Positions 7,239 through 15,949 of a stretch of DNA of 31,199 nt are shown in pieces. The stretch is from Thermovirgaceae bacterium. Its GTDB lineage: Bacteria > Synergistota > Synergistia > Synergistales > Thermovirgaceae. A model generated the notes under the pieces. It was not told the DNA's origin. It did no database searches and saw nothing but the letters and a program-made list of their open reading frames with translations. How positions within the stretch are numbered: the first letter of the stretch is position 1; each line of letters starts with the position of its first letter. The position numbers were made by a program, and so were the translations under genes. The stretch spans positions 1 through 31,199 of the forward strand of contig JBKHBH010000016.1 of NCBI GenBank assembly GCA_046542505.1, in the 5' to 3' direction.

Positions 7239-8042
7239 ATGGACGGGCAGGTTTCGACCTCAGCACAGTGGGGGAAAAGCGACGAGGTGCAGTTGTGGGA
7301 GCGGTACCGCACCGTTTCTCCCAGGAGCGAAGAGCGCAGGCGCATCCAGGAGGAGATCATCAAAAGATACCAGTACCTGGTTCGTTTCGTCGTGCGCCGC
7401 ATGAACGTGACGCCGCCCAGGGAGCTGGATTACGAGGATCTCGTCAGCTACGGCAGCATGGGGCTTCTGGATGCCATCGAGCGCTACGACCCCTCGCTGG
7501 GATACACCTTCCAGACCTACGCCGCTTCCAGAATCAGGGGGATGATCCTGGACGAACTCAGAAGGTTCGACTGGATCTCTCGCTCGGGCCGCGACAAGAT
7601 CCACGCCCTTGAACGGGCCGTCGAGGCGGAACTCCAGGAGACGGGGAAGATCGACCGCAACAGGGTAAAAAAACGTCTCGGCGTCGATGACGATCAGCTC
7701 CGGGAAATGATGGAGATTTCGAACCGGAGCTTCGTCGGGTGCCTCGACGAATTGATCGCCCTGGAGGACAGGGAGGTCGAAAAGGTGGATATCCTTGCCG
7801 ATGATCGCCCCGGTCCGGAGGACCTGGCCTTTCTTGGCGATGAGATCGAAAAGCTTCACGGGGCCCTGGACGTCCTGTCCGATCGGGAGAAGCAGTTGGT
7901 GGAACTTTATTATTTTCGGTACAGGAATTTCCGGGAGATTGCCGAGGAGTTCGGTCTGTCCGAATCCAGGATCTCCCAGCTTCACAAGCGGGTCATCGAC
8001 AAGCTCCGCAAGGTCCTGTCCGCCGGATCACAGACGGCGTAA
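7239..8042 (+). CDS. fliA: FliA/WhiG-family sigma factor (sigma28/SigD) (alt. start GTG 7233)
   Basis: EDLVSYGSMGLLDAIERYDP..FQTYAASRIRGMILDELRRFDW; region 4 REIAEEFGLSESRISQLH. Confidence 0.95.
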   Translation: MDGQVSTSAQWGKSDEVQLWERYRTVSPRSEERRRIQEEIIKRYQYLVRFVVRRMNVTPPRELDYEDLVSYGSMGLLDAIERYDPSLGYTFQTYAASRIRGMILDELRRFDWISRSGRDKIHALERAVEAELQETGKIDRNRVKKRLGVDDDQLREMMEISNRSFVGCLDELIALEDREVEKVDILADDRPGPEDLAFLGDEIEKLHGALDVLSDREKQLVELYYFRYRNFREIAEEFGLSESRISQLHKRVIDKLRKVLSAGSQTA

Positions 8043-8080
8043 GGGCGTATTGCGACACAGAGGCAAAGGGGGAGTGGCAG

Positions 8081-8419
8081 GTGCGTTCTTCGGTGGTGGA
8101 TCTTTCCCTTTTGGGCAGTGCCCGGACGGCTTACGGAAACCCTGCACTGAAGGCCCGTCCCGCATCACCGGCCGAAAGGGAAAAGGAGGTCCAAAAGGCC
8201 TCCGGCTTCGAGGAGTCCCTCAAGGAGGGGCTTGAGAAGGTCAATGACGTCCAGATCCGGGCGGAATCTGCCATGAAGGCCATGGCGACGGGCGACGTGG
8301 AGGATATCTCCGAAGTGGCCGCCGTGGTCTCCGAGGCGGACCTTGCCCTCCAGATGGCGGTCCAGGTCCGTGACAAGCTCCTGGACGCCTACAACCGGCT
8401 CGTCCAGATATCCTTCTAG
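8081..8419 (+). CDS. fliE: Flagellar hook-basal body protein FliE
   Basis: FEESLKEGLEKVNDVQ...ADLALQMAVQVRDKLLDAYNRL; precedes fliF. Confidence 0.93.
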   Translation: MRSSVVDLSLLGSARTAYGNPALKARPASPAEREKEVQKASGFEESLKEGLEKVNDVQIRAESAMKAMATGDVEDISEVAAVVSEADLALQMAVQVRDKLLDAYNRLVQISF

Positions 8420-8437
8420 CCTGGAGGTCCCCGGCGG

Positions 8438-9982
8438 GTGATGGATCAGGTCAGGGTGTTGTACAAACGGTTCAGGGAATTCTGGAACAATCTCGGGAAA
8501 CGCCGGAGGTGGACCCTGCTGGGTGCGGTGATCCTGCTTCTGGGGTTTTTCGGCGGGGTGATCATCTTCGCCGGCCACACGTCCTATGTTCCCCTCTTTT
8601 CGGGCCTGGAAACGGACGATCAGGCGGCCATCGTGGAAATGCTCAGGGAACGTGCCGTCGACTACCGGCTTGAGCCTTCTGCCTCGGCCGTCCTGGTTCC
8701 CGAAAGCCAGGTTCATGACCTCCGGCTTACCCTCGCTTCGGAAGGCCTTCCCAAGGGCGGATCTGTGGGATTTGAGATCTTCGACAACTCCAGGATGGGC
8801 ATGACCGATTTCGAGCAACAGGTAGCCTTTCTCCGCGCCCTGGAAGGTGAAATCGAGCGGACGATCAGGGAAATGGACGCCGTCGAGAACGTGAGGGTCA
8901 AGGTGGTGATGCCCGAGCCGAAGCTCTTTTTGAAGGAGGAGCAACCCGCGTCGGCGTCGATTCTTTTGCGCCTGCGCCCCGGCCATGAGATGAATCCCGA
9001 CCAGATCCGGGCCGTGATGAACCTGACCGCCTCGAGCGTGGAAGGTTTGTCGCCGGAGTACGTGTCCATCGTGGATACCGACGGCCGACTCCTTTCCGAG
9101 ATGGTGGAGGACGACTTTTTCATCCACCGGGGTGGGGATGGAGGCGTTTCCTCGGTCCAGAGGGAACTTGAACACCAGCATGAACGTGATCTGGAAAGCC
9201 GGGTCCGGAACATGCTTTCGGCCATTTTCGGGCCGGGTAATGCCGTGGTCCGCATCCAGGTGGATCTCGATTTTACACGACTGAGCCGAAGCCGCCGGGA
9301 GTTCATCCCCGCCGAAGACGGCGACGGCGTCGTACGGAGTTCCCAGACCACCGAAGAAACCTGGTCGGGTACCGCCGCCGCTGAGCAGGGCGTGGGGACG
9401 GCGGCCAACATCCCCGGGTATGGCGTCCAGACGGGATCCTCCGAGGGGGGTGAGTACAGCAAGACCGACGAGGTCACCAACTACGAGATTTCCACCCTGG
9501 AGGAGGAGATGACCGCCACGCCAGGTTCCGTCAAAAGGCTGACGGCCTCGGTGGTGATCAACGGCGACGGGGAAACGGTCTCTCGGGAGGAGCTGTACGC
9601 TTCCGTGTCGACCGCTCTCGGTCTTGACGAAGACAGGGGGGACAGGCTGTCCCTCAATTTCATGCCCTTTGCCGCCGGGCCGACGGATTTTGCCGATTTC
9701 GAGACCACAGAAGAGGGTTTTTTGTCACGCCTGATTTCGCCCTGGGGCCTTGCCGCCGCGGCCGCCCTGGTTGTGCTGTTGTTCTGGTGGCGCAGGAGGC
9801 GGACGCAAGAGACGGCGGAAACGGCGGGGCAGGAACAGGAAAAGGCAAAACCAAAGGCCCCGGACCTTTTCAAGGTCGAAAAGGACGAGACGGAGATGCT
9901 GGAAGAGCAACTCGGTGTCTACGCCGGGACCAACCCCGAGGATATGGCGGCGATTATCATGCAATGGCTGGAGGAATCCTGA
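8438..9982 (+). CDS. fliF: MS-ring protein FliF
   Basis: N-term TM, YVPLFSGL, LASEGLPKGGSVGFEIFD, ALEGEIERTI, TNYEIS, KRLTASVVIN, C-term TM. Confidence 0.97.
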   Translation: MMDQVRVLYKRFREFWNNLGKRRRWTLLGAVILLLGFFGGVIIFAGHTSYVPLFSGLETDDQAAIVEMLRERAVDYRLEPSASAVLVPESQVHDLRLTLASEGLPKGGSVGFEIFDNSRMGMTDFEQQVAFLRALEGEIERTIREMDAVENVRVKVVMPEPKLFLKEEQPASASILLRLRPGHEMNPDQIRAVMNLTASSVEGLSPEYVSIVDTDGRLLSEMVEDDFFIHRGGDGGVSSVQRELEHQHERDLESRVRNMLSAIFGPGNAVVRIQVDLDFTRLSRSRREFIPAEDGDGVVRSSQTTEETWSGTAAAEQGVGTAANIPGYGVQTGSSEGGEYSKTDEVTNYEISTLEEEMTATPGSVKRLTASVVINGDGETVSREELYASVSTALGLDEDRGDRLSLNFMPFAAGPTDFADFETTEEGFLSRLISPWGLAAAAALVVLLFWWRRRRTQETAETAGQEQEKAKPKAPDLFKVEKDETEMLEEQLGVYAGTNPEDMAAIIMQWLEES

Positions 9983-9983
9983 T

Positions 9984-10991
9984 ATGGCTGGTCCTCGTGA
10001 ACTGAAAGGCAGGAGAAAGGCGGCCATCATGCTGGTGCTTCTGGGACATGAGAAAGCTGCCGAGGTGTACAAGCACCTGGACGAGCAGACCATCGAGGCC
10101 CTGACCCTGGAGATCGCCACGGTTCGCCGCATTGAGCCAAACGAGCGCAACACCGTCCTGAAGGAAGCCCAGGAGCTTATCATGGCCAGGGAATTCCTCA
10201 ACAAGGGCGGGGTCTCTTATGCGCGGGAGCTGCTTGAGCAGGCCATGGGCGAGGAAAAGGCCGACCAGCTTTTGCAGAAGCTCACCTCCAACCTGCAAGT
10301 GAAACCCTTCGACTTTTTGCGCTCCTCGGATCCGATGCAGGTACTGTCCTTTCTGCAGGGCGAACACCCCCAGATGATCGCCCTGATCCTTTCCTTTTTG
10401 CCCCCCGACCGGTCGGCGACGATCCTGGGGGGTCTCGAACAGGATCAGCAGGCGGAGGTCGCCCTGCGTATCGCAAAGATGGACCGGATCACCCCCGACG
10501 TCCTCCGGGAGACGGAAAAAGAGCTGGAACGCAAGTTCAGCGCCGTCGTCGGGAGCGATTACTCCGTCACCGGGGGCGTGGATGCCGTTGTGGAGATCAT
10601 CAACAAGGCCGGCCGGAAGTCGGAGAAAAACATCCTGGAGATCCTGGACGAGCAGGAACCGGAACTTGCCGAGGAGATCCGCAAGAAGCTCTTCACTTTC
10701 GAGGACATCATCAAGGTGGACGACCGGTCGCTCCAGAAGGCGCTGCGTGACGTGGATACCTCCGAGCTCGCTCTCGCACTCAAGGGCGTCAGCGAGGAGC
10801 TGCGGGCCAAGTTCTTCAACAACATGTCCACTCGTGCCGGTGAAATGCTCCAGGAAGAAATGGAATACATGGGTCCCGTCCGGCTCAGGGATGTCGAGGA
10901 TGCCCAGCAGAAGGTCGTCGACAGGATAAGGGCCCTTGAAGAGGCCGGAGAGATCGTGCTCGGTGGAGGCGGTGAGGACGTTGTCGTCTGA
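9984..10991 (+). CDS. fliG: Motor switch protein FliG (335 aa; true start ATG 9984, not 9750)
   Basis: GRRKAAIMLVLLG, EHPQMIAL, GGVDAVVEI, LFTFEDI, MGPVRLRDVEDAQ; RBS GGAGG. Confidence 0.97.
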   Translation: MAGPRELKGRRKAAIMLVLLGHEKAAEVYKHLDEQTIEALTLEIATVRRIEPNERNTVLKEAQELIMAREFLNKGGVSYARELLEQAMGEEKADQLLQKLTSNLQVKPFDFLRSSDPMQVLSFLQGEHPQMIALILSFLPPDRSATILGGLEQDQQAEVALRIAKMDRITPDVLRETEKELERKFSAVVGSDYSVTGGVDAVVEIINKAGRKSEKNILEILDEQEPELAEEIRKKLFTFEDIIKVDDRSLQKALRDVDTSELALALKGVSEELRAKFFNNMSTRAGEMLQEEMEYMGPVRLRDVEDAQQKVVDRIRALEEAGEIVLGGGGEDVVV

Positions 10992-11862
10992 CGGTTCGAA
11001 GGGCAAGGTCTTCAGGAACGTCAGGTATTCCGCGGAGCGGGTAGTCCTTCCGGAACCCCGGCTGCCTGTCCGTGAGACGCAGGAGGACGAATTCGAGGGC
11101 GGGCGCCAGATAGACCCGTACCTCGTGGCGGGGGCGAAGATCCAGGATCTCCAGCGCAGGATCGACAGGCTTCTCGAGGAAAAACGTGTCTTGCAGGAAG
11201 AGCTCGACAGTCTTCGGTCGGGGTTGGACGAAGAGCGGACCCGGCTCGAAGCCAGGGAGCGGGAGCTCAACGATCGGCTCAAGACGGAAACTGACCGAGC
11301 CCGGGAAAAGGCCCGCAACGAGGGTTTCGACAGGGGCTATGACGAAGGGCTTGAAGCGGCGAGGGCAAAAGCCCGCGAGGAAATCACCGTCGAGTTTGCC
11401 GAACGGTTCGGCCGGCTCGAGAAGCTGCTTGAAACCACCCTGGATACCCTCGAGGCATCACGACGGGAGGAAATCGACCGGCATGCACCCCTTTTGATCG
11501 GGTTGTGGCGCAAGATGCTGGAACGGCTGCTTCGGCGGGAGGTTGAACTCGACGGCCAGACGGTTCTCAGGGTTTTTCGCGAACTCATCCATCGCGTAAG
11601 TGACAGGACGAAGATCCGCATCGTCCTCAATCCTGCGGACCGGGAACTGTTCCTCAAGAACGGGGCCGAATACGCCGAAATCAAAAGAGCGGCGGACAGC
11701 TTCGAAGTGGTGGCCGACGAGCATATCGAGAAGGGAAGCTGCGTTCTGGAAACAGGACTCGGCGTCTACGACGCAAGATGGGAATCCCAGCTGGAGCGGA
11801 TCGACAGGGAGATCGACGGGATCCTGCGGGAGGCTTTGGTCCATGGCACGCCCGGCGTTTGA
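10981..11862 (+). CDS. fliH: Flagellar assembly protein FliH (TTG start)
   Basis: Coiled coil, AxxxG(xxxG) repeat ARNEGFDRGYDEGLEAA, C-term DEHIEKGSCVLETGLGVYDA; between fliG and fliI. Confidence 0.92.
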   Translation: MSSDGSKGKVFRNVRYSAERVVLPEPRLPVRETQEDEFEGGRQIDPYLVAGAKIQDLQRRIDRLLEEKRVLQEELDSLRSGLDEERTRLEARERELNDRLKTETDRAREKARNEGFDRGYDEGLEAARAKAREEITVEFAERFGRLEKLLETTLDTLEASRREEIDRHAPLLIGLWRKMLERLLRREVELDGQTVLRVFRELIHRVSDRTKIRIVLNPADRELFLKNGAEYAEIKRAADSFEVVADEHIEKGSCVLETGLGVYDARWESQLERIDREIDGILREALVHGTPGV

Positions 11863-13189
11863 ATCTGTTCTTGACGCCATGGACGAGAGGCTGGGCGAAA
11901 TCGAGCTCGTGCCCGTGAACGGAAAGGTCGTGGAAGTCATCGGCATCGTCATTGAATCGAAAGGGCCGGACATCCAGATCGGGGACCTCTGCGAGGTCCG
12001 GACGAGAAACCGCGGGGAGCCGCCCCTTTCCTGCGAGGTGGTGGGATTCAGGGGCGACAGGGTCCTTCTTATGCCCCTGGGCGAAGTCCGCAGGATCGGA
12101 CCGGGGAGCGACGTTTTCTCCATGGGAAAATCCCTGGGCGTCCGGGTGGGCCCCGACCTTTTGGGGCGTGTCCTTGGCGGGCTCGGAGAGCCTCTGGACG
12201 ACAAGGGCCCCCTGGTGGGAAGCACGGAATATCCCCTGCACGCCGATCCCCCCCATCCCCTGAAGCGACGGAACATCGACACCCCCCTCTCGGTGGGGAT
12301 CCGCGCCATGGATGGCCTGTTGACGCTGGGCCAGGGGCAGCGGGTTGGCGTTTTTTCCGGTTCGGGCGTGGGGAAGAGTACCCTTCTGGGCATGATGGCA
12401 CGGAACACCGAGGCCGATGTCAATGTCATTGCCCTGGTAGGTGAGCGCGGCCGGGAAGTCCAGGAGTTCCTGCGCAGGGACCTCCGGGAAGAGGGGATGA
12501 AGCGTTCCGTCGTCATCGTGGCCACATCGGACCAGCCTCCCCTGGTCCGCCTCAAGGCGGCCATGACGGCCACGGCCGTGGCTGAGTATTTCCGTGACCA
12601 GGACGCCAACGTGCTCCTCATGATGGACTCCATAACCCGAGTCGCCATGGCCCAGCGAGACGTGGGCCTCGCCATCGGTGAACCGCCGGCGACCCGGGGC
12701 TACACGCCGTCCATTTTCGCCTTTTTGCCCCGTCTCCTGGAACGTGCCGGCGCCGGGGAACGGGGAAGCATTACGGGCGTCTATTCCGTCCTCGTCGAGG
12801 GGGATGACATGAACGAACCCATTTCCGATGCCGTCAGGGGGATCCTGGACGGCCACATCACCCTGTCCAGGGACCTGGCTACACGGAACCACTATCCCGC
12901 CATCGACGTTTTGAACAGCATCAGCCGGATCATGAGCGACATGGTCTCCGCGGAGCAGCTCGCGGCCGCCTCGAGGCTGAGGGAGCTTCTGGCCCTCTAC
13001 CGCGAGGCCGAGGAACTTCTCAATCTCGGGGCCTACAAGCACGGGAGCAACCCCAGGCTGGATTTCGCAATCGCCCACAAGGACGAGATCAACGCCTTCC
13101 TGAAACAGCCTGTGAGTGAATGTTCTTCATTCGAAGAGACACTCGAACGTCTTTTGTCCATACCCCTGTGGGAGGATGAGGTCTCATGA
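11843..13189 (+). CDS. fliI: Flagellar export ATPase FliI (448 aa; start ATG 11843)
   Basis: Walker A SGSGVGKS, GERGRE, Walker B LLMMDSITR, GEPPATRGY, YPAIDVLNSISR. Confidence 0.98.
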   Translation: MARPAFESVLDAMDERLGEIELVPVNGKVVEVIGIVIESKGPDIQIGDLCEVRTRNRGEPPLSCEVVGFRGDRVLLMPLGEVRRIGPGSDVFSMGKSLGVRVGPDLLGRVLGGLGEPLDDKGPLVGSTEYPLHADPPHPLKRRNIDTPLSVGIRAMDGLLTLGQGQRVGVFSGSGVGKSTLLGMMARNTEADVNVIALVGERGREVQEFLRRDLREEGMKRSVVIVATSDQPPLVRLKAAMTATAVAEYFRDQDANVLLMMDSITRVAMAQRDVGLAIGEPPATRGYTPSIFAFLPRLLERAGAGERGSITGVYSVLVEGDDMNEPISDAVRGILDGHITLSRDLATRNHYPAIDVLNSISRIMSDMVSAEQLAAASRLRELLALYREAEELLNLGAYKHGSNPRLDFAIAHKDEINAFLKQPVSECSSFEETLERLLSIPLWEDEVS

Positions 13190-13632
13190 CGACCAACAAA
13201 CGGGTCGAACGCCTCGAGAAGCTCAAGGATATCAGGGACCGGTTGCAGGACGAGGCAAAGGGCCGTCTCACGAATGCCCAAAAGAGGAAGGAGACCTTGA
13301 TAACCCAATCCGGCACGCTGGGCAGTACCTGGCGGAGTGTCCTCTGCGATTTCAAGGAAAGAAGCCGCCGGGGGGAATTGACCCCCGAGGAGCTCTGGTA
13401 CCTGAGAAACGGCATGGATTCCCTGGAGGAAGAAATGTCCGAAGTCGACAGGGCCATCGAGGAGACGGAACGGGAGCTTGACACCCTTCAGCAGGAGCTC
13501 CGTCAAAAGCACACCGAGGCGAAGCTCGTCGAGAACGTCATCGTGGAACGGAAGAAGGAAATCCGGCGGGATCGTGAAAAAAGCGAACAGAAGGAACTGG
13601 ATGATCTCGTCTGTATGGTCTACACGAAATGA
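13186..13632 (+). CDS. fliJ: Flagellar export protein FliJ
   Basis: 148-aa coiled coil, ATGA overlap with fliI, C-term EQKELDD motif. Confidence 0.88.
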   Translation: MTTNKRVERLEKLKDIRDRLQDEAKGRLTNAQKRKETLITQSGTLGSTWRSVLCDFKERSRRGELTPEELWYLRNGMDSLEEEMSEVDRAIEETERELDTLQQELRQKHTEAKLVENVIVERKKEIRRDREKSEQKELDDLVCMVYTK

Positions 13633-13648
13633 TCGGAGGTGACGGCCC

Positions 13649-14290
13649 GTGAAAAACTTTTCCGGTTTCGCCCCTTCCGGGGTTAGGGAGGTCCAGATGC
13701 GCATAGGGGCCATTCGCCGGCGTTTCGGGGAACCAGAAAAAGAAAGGGAACGTTCCTTCGTGGATGTTTTTGATGCCGCCGGTTCGAAGAAGACCAGGCA
13801 AACTGCGGACAATCCCGCGTCAACCCGGAAGACGCGGGAGACCGCCGGAGCAAATGTCCTGAAGGAAACGGACCTCGGCCGGGAAAGACCGGACGCGCCC
13901 CAGACGGACCTTGAGGATCTGGTCCGTCAAAAAGCCCGCGCCTACGGTGTCGATGCAGATCTCGTGAGGGCTGTCGTCAGGATGGAATCGGGAGGGAACA
14001 CCAGGGCCGTATCCACGGCAGGTGCCATGGGACTTATGCAGTTAATGCCCGGGACGGCGGAGATGCTCGGCGTGGATGACCCATTCGATCCGGTTCAGAA
14101 CGTGGACGGAGGTGTGAGGTACCTGAAAATGATGCTTGACCGTTATGACGGAGATGAAACTCTGGCGCTGGCGGCCTACCACTCTGGCCCCGGCCGGGTC
14201 GACCGTTACAGCGGAGTGCCGCCTTACCCGAAAGTCACTCACTACGTCAAGTCCGTGAAGGCGTTGCTCCGGAGGGCCAGGGAGGAATGA
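13649..14290 (+). CDS. Lytic transglycosylase (SLT domain), CwlQ-like
   Basis: VRMESGGN (catalytic Glu), GAMGLMQLMPGTA, NVDGGVRYL, ALAAYHSGPG; RBS GGAGGT. Confidence 0.93.
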   Translation: MKNFSGFAPSGVREVQMRIGAIRRRFGEPEKERERSFVDVFDAAGSKKTRQTADNPASTRKTRETAGANVLKETDLGRERPDAPQTDLEDLVRQKARAYGVDADLVRAVVRMESGGNTRAVSTAGAMGLMQLMPGTAEMLGVDDPFDPVQNVDGGVRYLKMMLDRYDGDETLALAAYHSGPGRVDRYSGVPPYPKVTHYVKSVKALLRRAREE

Positions 14291-14333
14291 CCTGCTCGGC
14301 GGGACGGACCGAGCCTGAGGAGGGAGAGGGCTT

Positions 14334-15914
14334 ATGGAGGACACGGAAAGGGGATATGAGCTCCAGAAGACCGAAAGCGGCTGGTTTGTGAAAGGGTTGT
14401 TGCGTGAGGAAAACATTGATGAATTCCTGAAAACCCTTCGCGAAAAGGGGGCTTCCCCCTGCGATGAAAAGGTGAGGGAGCTCACGGGCCGTGACCTTTC
14501 GGACTGGATACCGGTGCCCGTAGAAGAAGAGGCCTGTCCCGTGGAGGTCAGAATCTCCTCCGACAAAATGACGGCTGAAGTGCTCCTTTCCAATGGAGAA
14601 AAGGACCCCCCGGAGAAACGGTTTGAACAGGCAAAGGCAGCCCTCGAGAAGGCCGGTGTCACCACTGGCGTGGATGAAGCCATCCTGAAGGAAGCCGTGG
14701 CCGAAAGGCGCGACGAATGGGTGCCCGTTGCATTCGGAACCCCCGTGAAGGACGGGGTCGATGCCTGGTTCGACGTCCTGGTGGATCTTACGCAACACGG
14801 TCCGTCGGGATCCGAATCAGAAAATGGACATGTGGACCACAGGGATCTGCGGATCATCAACAACGTGACCAAGGGGCAGGAATTGGTCCGGAAAACGCCT
14901 GCCGTCGAAGGCGAGGACGGCGTCGATGTTACGGGAAAGATCCTCAGGGCAAAACGGCCCAAGGATACCAGGATCGTTTCCGGATCATACACGTCCCTTT
15001 CCGAAGACGGGCTCGTGCTGGTAGCTACCGAAGACGGCCACCTGGAACGGGAAGGAAACAAGTTCTCCGTGTATCCCGTCTACGAACACAAGGGCGACGT
15101 GGATTACTCGTCGGGAAATCTCGAGGCCGTTGGGGGTATTGTCGTTCACGGTTCGGTAAAAGAAGATTTTTCCGTTTCGGCGGGCAAGACCCTGGAAGTC
15201 CACGGAGTTGTGGAACGTGCCTTTCTTTCCTCCGGAAAAGACATGACACTCACTTCCAGCGCCAGGGGGATGAACCACGGGACGCTGAAAAGCGGCGGCA
15301 GCATTTTGGCAGAATACGTGGACCAGTGCTTCATCAAGGCTGCCAAAGACGTGATCTTCCGCAGGGCCCTGATGCACTGCGATGTGGAGGCCGGTCTGGC
15401 CGTCCGCCACACAGAGGGAGGGAAGGGGCTCATCGCGGGCGGGACCGTCAAGGCAGGATCGGAAGTGGAGTGCCTGATCCTCGGCTCGGAAATGGAGACC
15501 AGGACGGTGCTTCACGTGGGGGTTTCTCCCGGGCTTCTCCGTAAAAAGGAAAAGCTGGTGGCCAACCTCGACGAGCTCGAGGAAAAGCTTGGCACCATAG
15601 AAAAGAACCTCAAGTACCTTACCAGGGTCATGAAGGAAAAGGGGCTGGACGAACGCCAGAAGGCCCTGGCCCTGAAGTTCGTGGAGCTCAGGAAGAGCGT
15701 TTCCACCCAGATCGAAAAGCTGAAGGGCGTGCTTGGTGAAATCGAGAAAACCATCGACGCTATCAAGCACAAGGGGTGCGTCAAGGTGTGGGAGCTCTGT
15801 CATCCCGGTGTCTCCGTTACCATCAGGGGGGAGACGTACCTGGTCAGGGAGACGGTGGAGCGGGTTCGCTTCATCTACAAGGAAGGCAAAGTCAGGATGC
15901 TTTCTTTGGACTGA
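14334..15914 (+). CDS. FapA / DUF342 family flagellar assembly protein
   Basis: VRISSDKMTAEV, G.DVTGKIL, GDVDYSSGNL, beta-helix-like repeats, C-terminal coiled coil and HPGVSVTI. Confidence 0.9.
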   Translation: MEDTERGYELQKTESGWFVKGLLREENIDEFLKTLREKGASPCDEKVRELTGRDLSDWIPVPVEEEACPVEVRISSDKMTAEVLLSNGEKDPPEKRFEQAKAALEKAGVTTGVDEAILKEAVAERRDEWVPVAFGTPVKDGVDAWFDVLVDLTQHGPSGSESENGHVDHRDLRIINNVTKGQELVRKTPAVEGEDGVDVTGKILRAKRPKDTRIVSGSYTSLSEDGLVLVATEDGHLEREGNKFSVYPVYEHKGDVDYSSGNLEAVGGIVVHGSVKEDFSVSAGKTLEVHGVVERAFLSSGKDMTLTSSARGMNHGTLKSGGSILAEYVDQCFIKAAKDVIFRRALMHCDVEAGLAVRHTEGGKGLIAGGTVKAGSEVECLILGSEMETRTVLHVGVSPGLLRKKEKLVANLDELEEKLGTIEKNLKYLTRVMKEKGLDERQKALALKFVELRKSVSTQIEKLKGVLGEIEKTIDAIKHKGCVKVWELCHPGVSVTIRGETYLVRETVERVRFIYKEGKVRMLSLD

Positions 15915-15949
15915 AGCAAGGCTGGAAGATGAAGGCGGGAGGTTGACTG

